NCBI GenBank assembly: GCA_029246995.1
Contig: JAQWMB010000007.1
Location: forward strand, 51,575 to 115,574
Origin: Dehalococcoidia bacterium
Lineage (GTDB): Bacteria; Chloroflexota; Dehalococcoidia; UBA2979
DNA length: 64,000 nt
Direction of reading: 5' to 3'
The position numbers and the translations under genes were made by a program. Below are positions 1-9,915 of this stretch, in pieces (the stretch's first letter is position 1; each line of letters starts with the position of its first letter). The notes under the pieces are model-generated. The model saw nothing but the letters and a program-made list of their open reading frames with translations. It made no database searches and had not been told where the DNA came from.

Positions 1-469
1 ATACATTTTTTGAGCTGGCCTATTTATAACATCCTGAGTATTTAAATTAGAATTTGATAATTTATTATTGGTATAGTGAATTTGGAAAAAAGTTGTGCGC
101 ATTGAAATTTCTGCATTGATTGCTAATGCACTTATTTCTAGGGCAACCAATCGATTATTTAAAGATGGAGTGAAATCAATTTTAAATTTTTCGAGCGGAT
201 CAACTAAACTGACTAAAGTTATTTGACCAATAGATTCTGCATTAGATAAATTTGAATTTTGTATATTTAAAATTTTATCATTTAATTTTTTATTCATTTC
301 TTGTTGTTCAGTAATATTGGACTCGAAGTCAAAATTCTTTTTTTCTATTTGTAGAATCTTCGAACTCATTTGATTTAATCTATTTTTAATTAATTTTTGA
401 TCATTATCAATCTGTAATAATAATATAAAGGCTAAAGTAAAAATAAAAATTAATAACAAAAAAAAACAT
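1..469 (-). CDS. hypothetical membrane-anchored coiled-coil protein (partial). The ATG is at 469 and the ORF runs off the window edge. N-terminal hydrophobic helix followed by Q/N/K-rich heptad-like sequence.
   Basis: Open minus-strand frame from 469 to position 1 with no stop. In-frame upstream stop at 506-508. Hand translation MFFLLLIFIFTLAFILLLQIDNDQKLIKNRLNQ... Confidence 0.4.
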
Positions 470-505
470 AGAAGAGCTAACTGTTTTATATGTGTGTATA
501 GAAAA

Positions 506-1825
506 TCAAGAAATAGTTTCATTTATAGCCTTGCTTCTATCAATCTCCTTTTTACCAATAAAAATCTTTGCAAACTGTCTAGATTGAGGTTCTTTTGCAA
601 TAAATATAAGTATTGATGCGATAATAGCAAAAAAAGCAAGGAAAAAAAAGGTTTCTCCATAATTACCAATATTTTCTGCATACCAGGTGGCAAGAATAGG
701 ACCGCTTCCATGAAATACTAATTCAAAAGGCATGACAAATCCTCGAATGGAGCCTAGGTGCCTTCTACCATAATATATTGGCCATAAAACTTCTTTTACT
801 GGTTGTGTGCCTGCTAAACCAAGACCAGTAATAAAATAGCCAACAGAACAAATAAGTAGGCTTGCATCATTGGCACCTAGAACAATAATAAATAATCCAA
901 TACCAACAAACATAAAAGCTAGTGATGCTAAATATTTAACTAAAATTTTCTCTGCGAAAAGCCCCCAAAAAGGTCTAGTAAAAATACCAGGAAAAGCTAG
1001 TACTGCAATAAACTGAGCAGATTGAGAGCGACTAAATGAATAATCTGTCATAAAAGGGATTGTTAAAGTTGCTATTGTTAAGACTGCAACGCCAACTAAA
1101 TTATAACTTAACAAAATAACCCAAAATGATGGAAGGCGAATTGCTTGTGATCGAGAAAGTGAATATGCATAATCATATTCTTCTAAAGGATTTTCATCTG
1201 ACTTATTTGCCTTACCATCTGGAACTAAGCCATAATCTTCTGGGCGCTTCCGCATAATAAGCGCACAAGGTAAAATAACTATTAAAGTGATAAAAGCCAA
1301 AAAATTCCAACCAAATCTCCAACCATAACCATCAACTATGTATGTCATAAGATTAGGAATTATAATTCCAGCAAAAGATAAGCCGAGTGCAATCAAACCT
1401 ATTGCTCGTCCTCGATATCTTACAAACCACTTAGAAATAGTAACAGTTACCACCATGCTGCCAGCTAAAACTAAGGCAATCCCCTGAAAAATACCTCGGA
1501 TTATAAGCCATTGAGATAATGATTGAATAAACGAAGTACACACAAGTGCAAAAACGATTAGAAATGTTCCCGCAACCATAAATCTTCTAGCGCCATAACG
1601 ATCCACAAGTCTGCCAACAAGTAATCCAGTAAAAGCCATTGTAATTTGGCTAACAGTAAAACCAAACATAAATTGAGTACGACTCCAACCAAATTCATCA
1701 CTCATTGGATCCATAAAAACATTTGCAATATAGCCAACAATACCAGCACCCATAATGAGATTGACAAAAATACCAGCAAATACAAGATACCATCCAAAAA
1801 ATGGCTTTCTATTCAATAAAAACAT
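506..1825 (-). CDS. MFS transporter (12-TM; oxalate/formate-antiporter-like subfamily is an inference)
   Basis: 439 aa, multiple hydrophobic helices, MFS-like loop motifs (GRLVDRYGARR). Confidence 0.7.
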   Translation of the reverse strand: MFLLNRKPFFGWYLVFAGIFVNLIMGAGIVGYIANVFMDPMSDEFGWSRTQFMFGFTVSQITMAFTGLLVGRLVDRYGARRFMVAGTFLIVFALVCTSFIQSLSQWLIIRGIFQGIALVLAGSMVVTVTISKWFVRYRGRAIGLIALGLSFAGIIIPNLMTYIVDGYGWRFGWNFLAFITLIVILPCALIMRKRPEDYGLVPDGKANKSDENPLEEYDYAYSLSRSQAIRLPSFWVILLSYNLVGVAVLTIATLTIPFMTDYSFSRSQSAQFIAVLAFPGIFTRPFWGLFAEKILVKYLASLAFMFVGIGLFIIVLGANDASLLICSVGYFITGLGLAGTQPVKEVLWPIYYGRRHLGSIRGFVMPFELVFHGSGPILATWYAENIGNYGETFFFLAFFAIIASILIFIAKEPQSRQFAKIFIGKKEIDRSKAINETIS

Positions 1826-1839
1826 TGCTCTCCTTAAGG

Positions 1840-2385
1840 TTATGCTTTTTCTTCAGAGCCCATAACGCCCTTTCGATAGTTCGATTTTCTAATAGTAGGA
1901 TTAATAAAATCATTGATAAGTAAAACTTCTCGATAAAATTCTGCAAAACCTTCAGCTCTTATTCGAACTGGATGTAATAAAATTAAATATCTTTCGTAAG
2001 ATTTTTCTAAACTAGTATGATCTTGATCTCTTGCTTGGAGTCTTTTTTTCAGAAATTCGTTAATGACATCCTCATCCTTAACAATTTCAACATTTGCATG
2101 CATCCAAACATTTCTAACTGCCCATCTTGGTCCGATAGTATTACCATTTGTTTCTACCCAATGCATTGTTGCTTTTGGATTATCAATAAGATGCTTCAGT
2201 TTTAAATCACCATCACGATGCCTACCTATAGTTCCCACTTGCCAATTTTCCTTAAAATCAACAAAGGTGCTTACTTGCCTAATCGTAGATCTCTTATATT
2301 CATTAACTGTGGATAAAAAACTTACAATTCCTGATTGATATCCACCAATAAATTCTTGAATCTCTTTAACTGCATCATCATTCAT
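1840..2385 (-). CDS. pyridoxamine 5'-phosphate oxidase-like FMN-binding split-barrel protein
   Basis: 181 aa. Its N-terminal pattern (GIVSFLSTV...VSTFVDF...NPKATMHW) fits the PNPOx-like fold. Confidence 0.45.
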   Translation of the reverse strand: MNDDAVKEIQEFIGGYQSGIVSFLSTVNEYKRSTIRQVSTFVDFKENWQVGTIGRHRDGDLKLKHLIDNPKATMHWVETNGNTIGPRWAVRNVWMHANVEIVKDEDVINEFLKKRLQARDQDHTSLEKSYERYLILLHPVRIRAEGFAEFYREVLLINDFINPTIRKSNYRKGVMGSEEKA

Positions 2386-2436
2386 AATGACTCCTTATTT
2401 ACCTGCATCAAAATACCAAATTATTTTAATCAATTA

Positions 2437-3612
2437 TTAGTTACCATAGACTGGTTTTTTAAGTGAAAGTGTACCATTGATGATTAATATTATTATCGTT
2501 ATAAATGCAATGAATGGGAAAAAAGCACCTGCAACGAACAAACTAGCAATGCCAAATTTAGTAGCTATCAATCCTAATCCTATACCACTTACAATTATAC
2601 CTACATCCCATGCTAATTGAATTACTGCAGTTGCACTACCTTGTTCATGAGAAGAAACTCTATCCAATGTTAAAGCGAATAGGCCAGTATTACATAGTGA
2701 AACACCAAGTCCAGTAAACAAGCCTGTAAGCATCATATCAAAATTAGAGTTTGAAACAGACAAGTAAAGCATGGCAATAGTCATAGACAGCATGCCAAAA
2801 AGAATGACTGGCAACCTACCTATTCGATCGCCTAAAGCCCCGCCAGTTGGACGAGCCAAAATTGAAATACCTCCATGAAAAATAAAAAATAATGATACCT
2901 GAGAAATACTTCTTTCAAGGCTTAGCAATGGCAAAAAAGCTGTACATGCAGCAAAACATATCGTAATTGATAGAAATAACAATGATGGTAACACAGCTCT
3001 TCGAGGAATTAAGGACTGATTTTTGACTTCTGCTGGAGCTGACATTATTGGCTCTTTAACAAAATGAATTAAAATAAGACTATATAAAGCAGTAAATGCA
3101 GACAATAGAAAAACAGCTTCATAGCTATACTGATTTAAAACAAAGGCTCCAATTGCAGGCCCAACTGCCTGCCCCATACTAGACGTAATACCAAAATAAC
3201 CCAAGCCTTCACCTCTTCTGTGTATGGGAGAAAGATTCGCTATCAAAGTACCACTAGCAGTTGGGATAGCAGCAGATCCAATTCCTTGAATGAAACGAAG
3301 AACAAAAAGTGCAATAATCGTTTCAGAATATGCCATTAAAACATATACAATAATCAAACTTATACATCCGATACGAATCATTAATTTTTTCTTTGCCTTA
3401 TTGCTATATTTCCCTACATAAAGCCTTAATACTAAAGGTAAATATCCCCATGCGCCTAATACAATACCTATTTGAAAAGGAGACCCACCAAGTTCTTGAA
3501 TATAATTTGGCAGAACAGTGACTAAATAAAAAGCGCCGGCAAAAAATGAGAAGGAAGTCAACAATGTAAGAATAAAATCTGATGTCCATAATTTACTAGT
3601 GTTCTTTGGCAA
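2437..3612 (-). CDS. MFS transporter
   Basis: 391 aa polytopic membrane protein with an MFS signature-like motif (GKYSNKAKKK loop). Confidence 0.7.
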   Translation of the reverse strand: MPKNTSKLWTSDFILTLLTSFSFFAGAFYLVTVLPNYIQELGGSPFQIGIVLGAWGYLPLVLRLYVGKYSNKAKKKLMIRIGCISLIIVYVLMAYSETIIALFVLRFIQGIGSAAIPTASGTLIANLSPIHRRGEGLGYFGITSSMGQAVGPAIGAFVLNQYSYEAVFLLSAFTALYSLILIHFVKEPIMSAPAEVKNQSLIPRRAVLPSLLFLSITICFAACTAFLPLLSLERSISQVSLFFIFHGGISILARPTGGALGDRIGRLPVILFGMLSMTIAMLYLSVSNSNFDMMLTGLFTGLGVSLCNTGLFALTLDRVSSHEQGSATAVIQLAWDVGIIVSGIGLGLIATKFGIASLFVAGAFFPFIAFITIIILIINGTLSLKKPVYGN

Positions 3613-3699
3613 GATATCTCATTCCAAAAGAAAATATGATTTTTTATTTCAAAATAAATAATCATATAAACCAAAATTTTTGATTGAGTTTATTAAAAT

Positions 3700-4989
3700 T
3701 TAATCTAAACGATTTACTAAATCATACAAAATCTTTATACCTAAAAGGAGATTATCAATAGATATTTTCTCATCTAAACCATGTATCCCACGAAGGTCCG
3801 TCTTATTTACTAGAATGGGAATGAACCCATAAGAGGGGACACCTATACGCCTGAATACTCTTGAATCAGTAAAACCTGTTGTAATATATGGAGCAACTAA
3901 GGCGTCAGGTATAACTGATTTAATAGACTGTTGAATTGATGAAAAAATCTCATTATCTACTGAAGATGTTTTAGTAGATGAACTAAAAACTTTTTCAATG
4001 ATAATTTGATCATCATTAATAATATTTTTTAATTCAAGCAGAAATGATTCTGGATTGTAACCAGGGACTAGCCTAATATCAAGAGCCGCAGATACCTTTG
4101 AAGGGACTACATTATTTTTATAACCACCATTAATTTTAGTTAATGCTATGGAATTATGTAAAAGAGAATTAGCATATGAATCATTTTCAATAATAGATTC
4201 ATAAAATTTTGAATCTATATCATCTTCAATAATATTAGCTTGGCGTAAATAATTATAATACTGGACAGCTTCTTCAGAAATTGTTAACGGAAAATTATGA
4301 TCCAAAATTTTTTGTAATACTTCTATCATTTTCATTGTTGCACTTTCAAAATTTTGCTTTGAGCCGTGTCCAGATTTTCCATTAACAATTAAATTAATCC
4401 AAAGAGGGCTCTTCTCAGAAATTCCAATATTAAATATCTTCTCCTGTTTTTTAAATGCATTAATGGTGCCTATCCCGCCTTCATTAATAACAAAGTCAGC
4501 CTGTAAAAAATCTTTATGGTTTTTTGCTATATATTCAATCCCAAATTCAGACCCAGATTCTTCATCAGCCGTTGCCATAAATACTATATTTCTTTTAAAA
4601 TAGTTATTTCTTTTCAGTAGAATTAAAGTCATAAGTTCGATAATTGCCATCCCTTTCATATCAAGTGAGCCACGACCATGAACAAAGCTATTTTTAACCA
4701 ATCCAGAAAATGGATCAAAGCTCCAATCTTCTCCTATGGCTGGCACAACATCGATATGGTTCAGTAAAATCACTTTTGTATTTGATGGTAAATCATTATT
4801 GATACCAGCAATTAAATTACCTCTAGAATCGTCAGAATTAATGATTTTATATTCAATTTGCTCTTGAGCCAAGATTTCTGATAGCCAGTTACAAGCGGAT
4901 AGTTCCTTTCCTGGTGGATTAGATGTGTCTATTTTTAAGTAATCAGAAAGTAGCTGAGAAGCTTCTTCACGAATTAAATCCCAATTCAA
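3700..4989 (-). CDS. M20 family metallopeptidase (ArgE/DapE/dipeptidase-like)
   Basis: HIDVVP, GRGSLDMKG, ATADEESGS and NEGG motifs typical of M20 Zn-peptidases. Confidence 0.75.
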   Translation of the reverse strand: MNWDLIREEASQLLSDYLKIDTSNPPGKELSACNWLSEILAQEQIEYKIINSDDSRGNLIAGINNDLPSNTKVILLNHIDVVPAIGEDWSFDPFSGLVKNSFVHGRGSLDMKGMAIIELMTLILLKRNNYFKRNIVFMATADEESGSEFGIEYIAKNHKDFLQADFVINEGGIGTINAFKKQEKIFNIGISEKSPLWINLIVNGKSGHGSKQNFESATMKMIEVLQKILDHNFPLTISEEAVQYYNYLRQANIIEDDIDSKFYESIIENDSYANSLLHNSIALTKINGGYKNNVVPSKVSAALDIRLVPGYNPESFLLELKNIINDDQIIIEKVFSSSTKTSSVDNEIFSSIQQSIKSVIPDALVAPYITTGFTDSRVFRRIGVPSYGFIPILVNKTDLRGIHGLDEKISIDNLLLGIKILYDLVNRLD

Positions 4990-4999
4990 TTTATATTTC

Positions 5000-6439
5000 C
5001 TAATTTTGAATAATCAATATAGATACATCACCTCTAATTAATTGCATAACAATTCCTCTAGATCTTTGTTTGACAGCAAAGAATAAATCATCCGTATTAA
5101 TAACATTTCTTTGATTCACCTGTTTAATTAAATCATTTTTTCTCAAGCCTATGCGATAAGCAGGAGAGTCGTTTTCAACTGAGGCAATTAAGATGCCATT
5201 ACTACGATTAATAAAAGTTGCACCTTGTAACAGTTTAATATCAACAGGTGACTTTATTTCTTTAAAATCATCCTTCTGTTCTTTTATTTCTTCAACTGAA
5301 ACATTAATATTTTTTTGAATACCCTCTCTAAAAATTTTTAACTCTACATTTTTACCTACTCTATAAAGACTAATAACACTTTCAAATGATGATGGTGTTA
5401 ATATCCTCGTATTGTTAATGGAAATTATTACATCATTTTCTTGAATACCAGCTTTTTCCGCACTAGAATCAGATGTAACTGAGATAACTTTTACCCCTTT
5501 TAAATTACTTTCGCCTGCAAGAATTTCAATCTTTTCGGTTTCAATTCCAATATTGCCTCTCATGACATTTCCGTAATTAATTAATTGACTAATAATCTTT
5601 TGGACAATATCTACCGGGATAGCAAAGCCTATCCCAACATTAGCCCCTCCTTTTGAAAGTATTGCTGTATTAATTCCGATTAATTGACCATTCAAATTAA
5701 TTAATGCACCACCAGAATTTCCAGGATTAATAGAAGCATCTGTTTGAATTAATCTATCATAACCTTTAAGAAGATTAGCATTACTTCTTTCAATAGCACT
5801 GATGATCCCATATGTTACTGTGTGACCAAGTCCAAAAGGATTACCAATGGCAATAACATAATCACCTACATTTGTTTTTACATAATTAGAGAGAGGAATA
5901 CTAGTTAAACTACTGGCTTCAATCATTAAAACTGCCAAATCAGTTTCTTGATCTAATCCAATTAATTCAGCAGTTATTTTTCTTCCATCAAGCAATGTTA
6001 CATATATTTCTTCAGCATCTTTAATAACATGATAATTAGTTAAAACATGACCTCGCGTACTATTGATAATAACCCCAGAACCAATACTCTGAGTTTCTTT
6101 TTCTAATGGAGCATTGAAGCGAAAAAAATTCTGAAAAAAAGGATCATTAAAAAATGGATTATTATTTATTGATGTCTTCCCCTTTGTTGTAATATTAACA
6201 ACTGCAGCATTAACATCTTTCAAAATTGGAAATAAAGAATTTGCTTGAATTAATGTTGGTTTTTCTATATCTTTTTTTTCAATTAATTCAGGCATATCTT
6301 TAGTAATTGGATTATTACTGTCTAATAAAGAAGTATTTGAAATATCTGATCGAAAAAAATTATTCAAAATCAAAATACAGACAATCAAAATTAGTAAAAA
6401 ATTAACAAAGACTAGGGTCTCAACTTTTTTATCTTGCAT
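5000..6439 (-). CDS. htrA: HtrA/DegP family serine protease with C-terminal PDZ domain(s)
   Basis: Trypsin-like catalytic motifs (H...D...GNSGGAL) plus PDZ-like C-terminus. The start was moved to the internal ATG at 6439 (MQDKKV...) because the longer ORF (to 6484) would overlap the tRNA-Sec. Confidence 0.8.
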   Translation of the reverse strand: MQDKKVETLVFVNFLLILIVCILILNNFFRSDISNTSLLDSNNPITKDMPELIEKKDIEKPTLIQANSLFPILKDVNAAVVNITTKGKTSINNNPFFNDPFFQNFFRFNAPLEKETQSIGSGVIINSTRGHVLTNYHVIKDAEEIYVTLLDGRKITAELIGLDQETDLAVLMIEASSLTSIPLSNYVKTNVGDYVIAIGNPFGLGHTVTYGIISAIERSNANLLKGYDRLIQTDASINPGNSGGALINLNGQLIGINTAILSKGGANVGIGFAIPVDIVQKIISQLINYGNVMRGNIGIETEKIEILAGESNLKGVKVISVTSDSSAEKAGIQENDVIISINNTRILTPSSFESVISLYRVGKNVELKIFREGIQKNINVSVEEIKEQKDDFKEIKSPVDIKLLQGATFINRSNGILIASVENDSPAYRIGLRKNDLIKQVNQRNVINTDDLFFAVKQRSRGIVMQLIRGDVSILIIQN

Positions 6440-6452
6440 TTTTTTATTCCTT

Positions 6453-6549
6453 TGGCGAGAATGCGCAGGAGTCGAACCTACCAAAGCTTGCTACGCAAGC
6501 TAACATTAGTTTTGAAGACTAAGAGCGCCACCAGACACTATGCATTCTC
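6453..6549 (-). tRNA. selC: tRNA-Sec (selenocysteine tRNA, anticodon UCA)
   Basis: Folded by hand: 8-bp acceptor stem (GAGAATGC/GCATTCTC), 6-bp D-stem with 4-nt loop (AGTGTC-TGGT-GGCGCT), anticodon stem TTAGT/ACTAA with loop CTTCAAA (UCA anticodon), 24-nt variable arm with a 7-bp stem, T-arm GTAGG-TTCGACT-CCTGC, discriminator G, CCA. 97 nt. The anticodon loop and T-loop are identical to E. coli selC. Confidence 0.85.
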
Positions 6550-6625
6550 ATCTATATTTATTAAGTTTATCATGTATGATATTATTTGATAGAAATAAAG
6601 ATCAAGTTTATTTATTGAGAAAATT

Positions 6626-7555
6626 ATGAATAAAATTAGAAATGTGATTATCATTGGCAGTGGCCCTGCAGGCTACACTGCTGGGCTTTATGCAGCCAGA
6701 GGCATGTTAAATCCATTAATGTTTTCTGGGTATGCATCAGGCGGACAATTAATGCTTACAAATGATGTAGAAAATTTTCCAGGCTATCCTAAAGGCATTA
6801 ATGGTCCAGAAATGATGATGGAGCTTAGACAGCAAGCAGAAAGATTTAATTGTGAAATTGTCGACAAGAATGTTGATTCAGTTGATTTTTCATCACGACC
6901 ATTCAAAGTCATAGTTGCAGGAGAAGAATTCCAATCACGATCAATTATTCTATGTACTGGTGCTGAAGCAATTTGGCTAGATGCAGAAAACGAAGAGGCA
7001 CAAAAAGGCCGTGGGATTTCAACTTGCGCAACATGTGATGGAGCATTTTTTAAAGATGAAGAAGTTCTCGTTATTGGTGGAGGAGACTCTGCAATGGAAG
7101 AAGCCACCTTTCTAACTCGCTTTGCAAGTAAAGTTACAATACTTCATAGAAGAGACATTTTTAAAGCTTCATCAATTATGTATAAAAGAGCTGCATCAAA
7201 TCCCAAAATAGAAATTAAACCATTTAGCCAAATCAAGAAATGGATTTCCAATGAACAAGGGCTCATTGGTGCTGTGCTAGAAGATCCTAGAAATAATTCT
7301 ATTGAAGAAATAAAAGCTACTGGAGCATTTATTGCAATAGGACATAAACCAATGACGGAATTTTTAAATAATCAAATTGAAATTGATCATGAAGGCTATA
7401 TTCTTCATAAAGAACATACAATGACCTCAGTATCTGGTGTTTTTGCAGCAGGAGATGTCGTAGATACTAGATATCGACAAGCTATTACTGCTGCTGGAAT
7501 GGGTTGTCAAGCAGCAATCGATTGTGAACGCTGGCTAGAAGATAATGCCCAATAG
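6626..7555 (+). CDS. trxB: thioredoxin-disulfide reductase
   Basis: FAD/NADPH-binding GSGPAG motif and CATC redox centre. 309 aa. Confidence 0.9.
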   Translation: MNKIRNVIIIGSGPAGYTAGLYAARGMLNPLMFSGYASGGQLMLTNDVENFPGYPKGINGPEMMMELRQQAERFNCEIVDKNVDSVDFSSRPFKVIVAGEEFQSRSIILCTGAEAIWLDAENEEAQKGRGISTCATCDGAFFKDEEVLVIGGGDSAMEEATFLTRFASKVTILHRRDIFKASSIMYKRAASNPKIEIKPFSQIKKWISNEQGLIGAVLEDPRNNSIEEIKATGAFIAIGHKPMTEFLNNQIEIDHEGYILHKEHTMTSVSGVFAAGDVVDTRYRQAITAAGMGCQAAIDCERWLEDNAQ

Positions 7556-7600
7556 AAATTTTGCATAAAGCACAAATTAATTATGAGACAATTTTAGAAA

Positions 7601-7924
7601 TTAAATAATGTTATCAATTTCTTTAGCTAATGCTTGCTTTGGCTTAAATCCAATTATTTGTCCAACTGTATTCCCGCTCTTAAATAATAATAACGTAGGT
7701 ATAGAACGAATTCCATATTGACCTGCAGTATTAGGATTATCATCAGTGTTTAATTTATAAAATTTGACTTTTCCATCATAATCTTCTGCAAGCTCTTCTA
7801 CAACTGGAGCTACCATTTTACATGGACCACACCATGGCGCCCAAAAATCAACAAGTACGGGAGTATCTGATTCAAGAACATCACTTACAAAAGTATCATC
7901 TGAAGTATCAACTGGCTTTGACAC
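7601..7924 (-). CDS. trxA: thioredoxin
   Basis: WAPWCGPCK active site. 107 aa. Confidence 0.9.
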   Translation of the reverse strand: MSKPVDTSDDTFVSDVLESDTPVLVDFWAPWCGPCKMVAPVVEELAEDYDGKVKFYKLNTDDNPNTAGQYGIRSIPTLLLFKSGNTVGQIIGFKPKQALAKEIDNII

Positions 7925-7977
7925 AATATACCTCTTTCCCTAATTAAGTTAACAGAGTTTAATGATAACTTGGTTTA

Positions 7978-8991
7978 TTAGTTATTTCTAGTACCATCAA
8001 TAGATTGTTGTAATGAGGCAAACAGATTTTCATGAACTGACTGAACAGCAGTGTGAATTGCATTTTCTACTGCATTAAAATCACTTTTTCCATGACCAAC
8101 ATAAACTAAACCATTAACGCCTAATAGAGGAACTGCACCATATTGTCTATAATCTAATCTTTTGTATATCTTTTTAATTGATGGCTTTAGTAACAATAAG
8201 CCTACCTTAGCCATTAAATTAGATTGAGATTCTTGAATTAAATTTGCTTTTATTAATTCAGCTAATCCTTCTATAGATTTCAGGGTAACATTGCCAGTAA
8301 AACCATCAGAAACGACTACATCTACATCTACATCATTTGTTAAATCAGTTCCTTCTATGTTTCCAATAAAGTTAGGGCAATTTTTTTCTAATATTTTATA
8401 GGCTTCTAAAGTAATTTGATTTCCTTTTGATGGTTCTGATCCAATAGATAGGAGTCCAATTTTGGGATTTATTTTCTTAAAGACAGATTCATAATATTGA
8501 GCACCTAATAGTGCAAAATGTAAATAATTTTCTACTTTAGCGTCAGCATTTGCACCACCATCTATTAAGATTCGCATACCATTTATCGATGGAATAGGTA
8601 CTGCAAAGCCAGGTCGACTAATGCCTTGCATTCTTCCTAAGACCTTTAATGAATTAGCAAAAATTGCACCAGAATTCCCAATCGAAATAAATGCATCAGC
8701 ATTATTATTTTTAACTAAACTTAAGCCCTGATAGATAGATGAATTTCTATCTGAACGAAGCTCTGAAATTTTAGCATCCATAGATATAACAGAACTAGCA
8801 TCAATAACATTAATGGATTGCAGAAATTGATTTTTACTTTGATTAATTTTATCTCTGATTAAATTTTTATCACCGACTAAAGAAACCATAAATGAACCGT
8901 CCAAAGATGATAATGCTCCATTTATGTTTGCATCAATACCTTTGTCGCCTGCCATTACATCTAAAGCAATTTTGATCATAAAAAAACTCAA
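7978..8991 (-). CDS. plsX: phosphate acyltransferase PlsX
   Basis: N-terminal IALDVMAGDKG and overall PlsX-like sequence. 337 aa. Confidence 0.85.
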   Translation of the reverse strand: MSFFMIKIALDVMAGDKGIDANINGALSSLDGSFMVSLVGDKNLIRDKINQSKNQFLQSINVIDASSVISMDAKISELRSDRNSSIYQGLSLVKNNNADAFISIGNSGAIFANSLKVLGRMQGISRPGFAVPIPSINGMRILIDGGANADAKVENYLHFALLGAQYYESVFKKINPKIGLLSIGSEPSKGNQITLEAYKILEKNCPNFIGNIEGTDLTNDVDVDVVVSDGFTGNVTLKSIEGLAELIKANLIQESQSNLMAKVGLLLLKPSIKKIYKRLDYRQYGAVPLLGVNGLVYVGHGKSDFNAVENAIHTAVQSVHENLFASLQQSIDGTRNN

Positions 8992-9088
8992 TTAACATTT
9001 TCAAAAATTTTATATATTATCTATTATAGTAAAAAACATTTTAAATTGTAAAAATAGTAAATAATGATGTCAAAGGAAAAAAAAATCA

Positions 9089-9889
9089 ATGAAAAGTGAT
9101 TTTGAAAAATTAAGGTTATTATTAGAAAATGATATAGCTTATTCAATTTATATTTTAGGAATCTTCGAACACTATCCTAATAACCAATACAAACTTAACT
9201 ATCTATTAGGAGAATATCCAAACTTTGGTTTAATAATAAGCGAATGTACTGATAATAATTATTTATTATTAGCAGGATCAAAATCAAAGATAGGACAAAT
9301 AATCAAAAATATTAAATTACCCAAAAAAAATCAGTTAATATCAGCAAATATTGATCATCTTAAAATTTTGAAAAAAAGCAATAGGCTAGTAAAATATTCA
9401 GAACAATACAGAATGATGGTTACTGCTGAAAATTTTAAAACAGATACTTCAAAACATAGATTTCAAATTAAACAAATGATACCAAAAGACATAGATATTA
9501 TGAAAAATTTTTATCTGTCAGCAGGACATAAGATCAATTTTGATCAAGAATTAATTTATAAGGGAGCATTTTACGGAGCATTCAATAACAATAATTTAAT
9601 TGCTTGTGCAGGAACCCATATGATAGCAGAAAAATCACAATGTGCAGCAATAGGAAATATTCTGACAAATTTCAATTATAGAGGCCTCGGTATTGCCAAA
9701 AGGTTGACTAGTTTAGTAACGAAAAAATTATTAGAAAAAAATATATCAAAAATAACATTATCAGTAGATATTGAAAATAGTATTGCCTATAACATATATG
9801 ACAAATTAGGCTATAAAATAGTAACGAAAAACTTTGAAGGACATTTGAAAAAACAAAGCAGATTTAATTTTTCTAAAATTTTAAATTAA
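9089..9889 (+). CDS. GNAT-family N-acetyltransferase domain protein
   Basis: C-terminal acetyl-CoA-binding-like motif (RGLGIAKRL...). Confidence 0.5.
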   Translation: MKSDFEKLRLLLENDIAYSIYILGIFEHYPNNQYKLNYLLGEYPNFGLIISECTDNNYLLLAGSKSKIGQIIKNIKLPKKNQLISANIDHLKILKKSNRLVKYSEQYRMMVTAENFKTDTSKHRFQIKQMIPKDIDIMKNFYLSAGHKINFDQELIYKGAFYGAFNNNNLIACAGTHMIAEKSQCAAIGNILTNFNYRGLGIAKRLTSLVTKKLLEKNISKITLSVDIENSIAYNIYDKLGYKIVTKNFEGHLKKQSRFNFSKILN

Positions 9890-9915
9890 AAATTTATTTA
9901 GGAGAGGCAATATTC

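Noticed and set aside
6440-6484. Longer htrA start (MVGSTPAHSRQRNKK...) given by the ORF track
   Set aside because: These 15 extra codons lie entirely inside the tRNA-Sec (6453-6549). The internal ATG at 6439 gives a normal HtrA N-terminus, so the extension is an ORF-finder artefact.
8992-9088. SAM riboswitch upstream of the GNAT-ahcY-metK operon
   Set aside because: The 97-bp spacer is almost pure A/T with no GC-rich helices, which is incompatible with SAM-I/II/IV aptamers.
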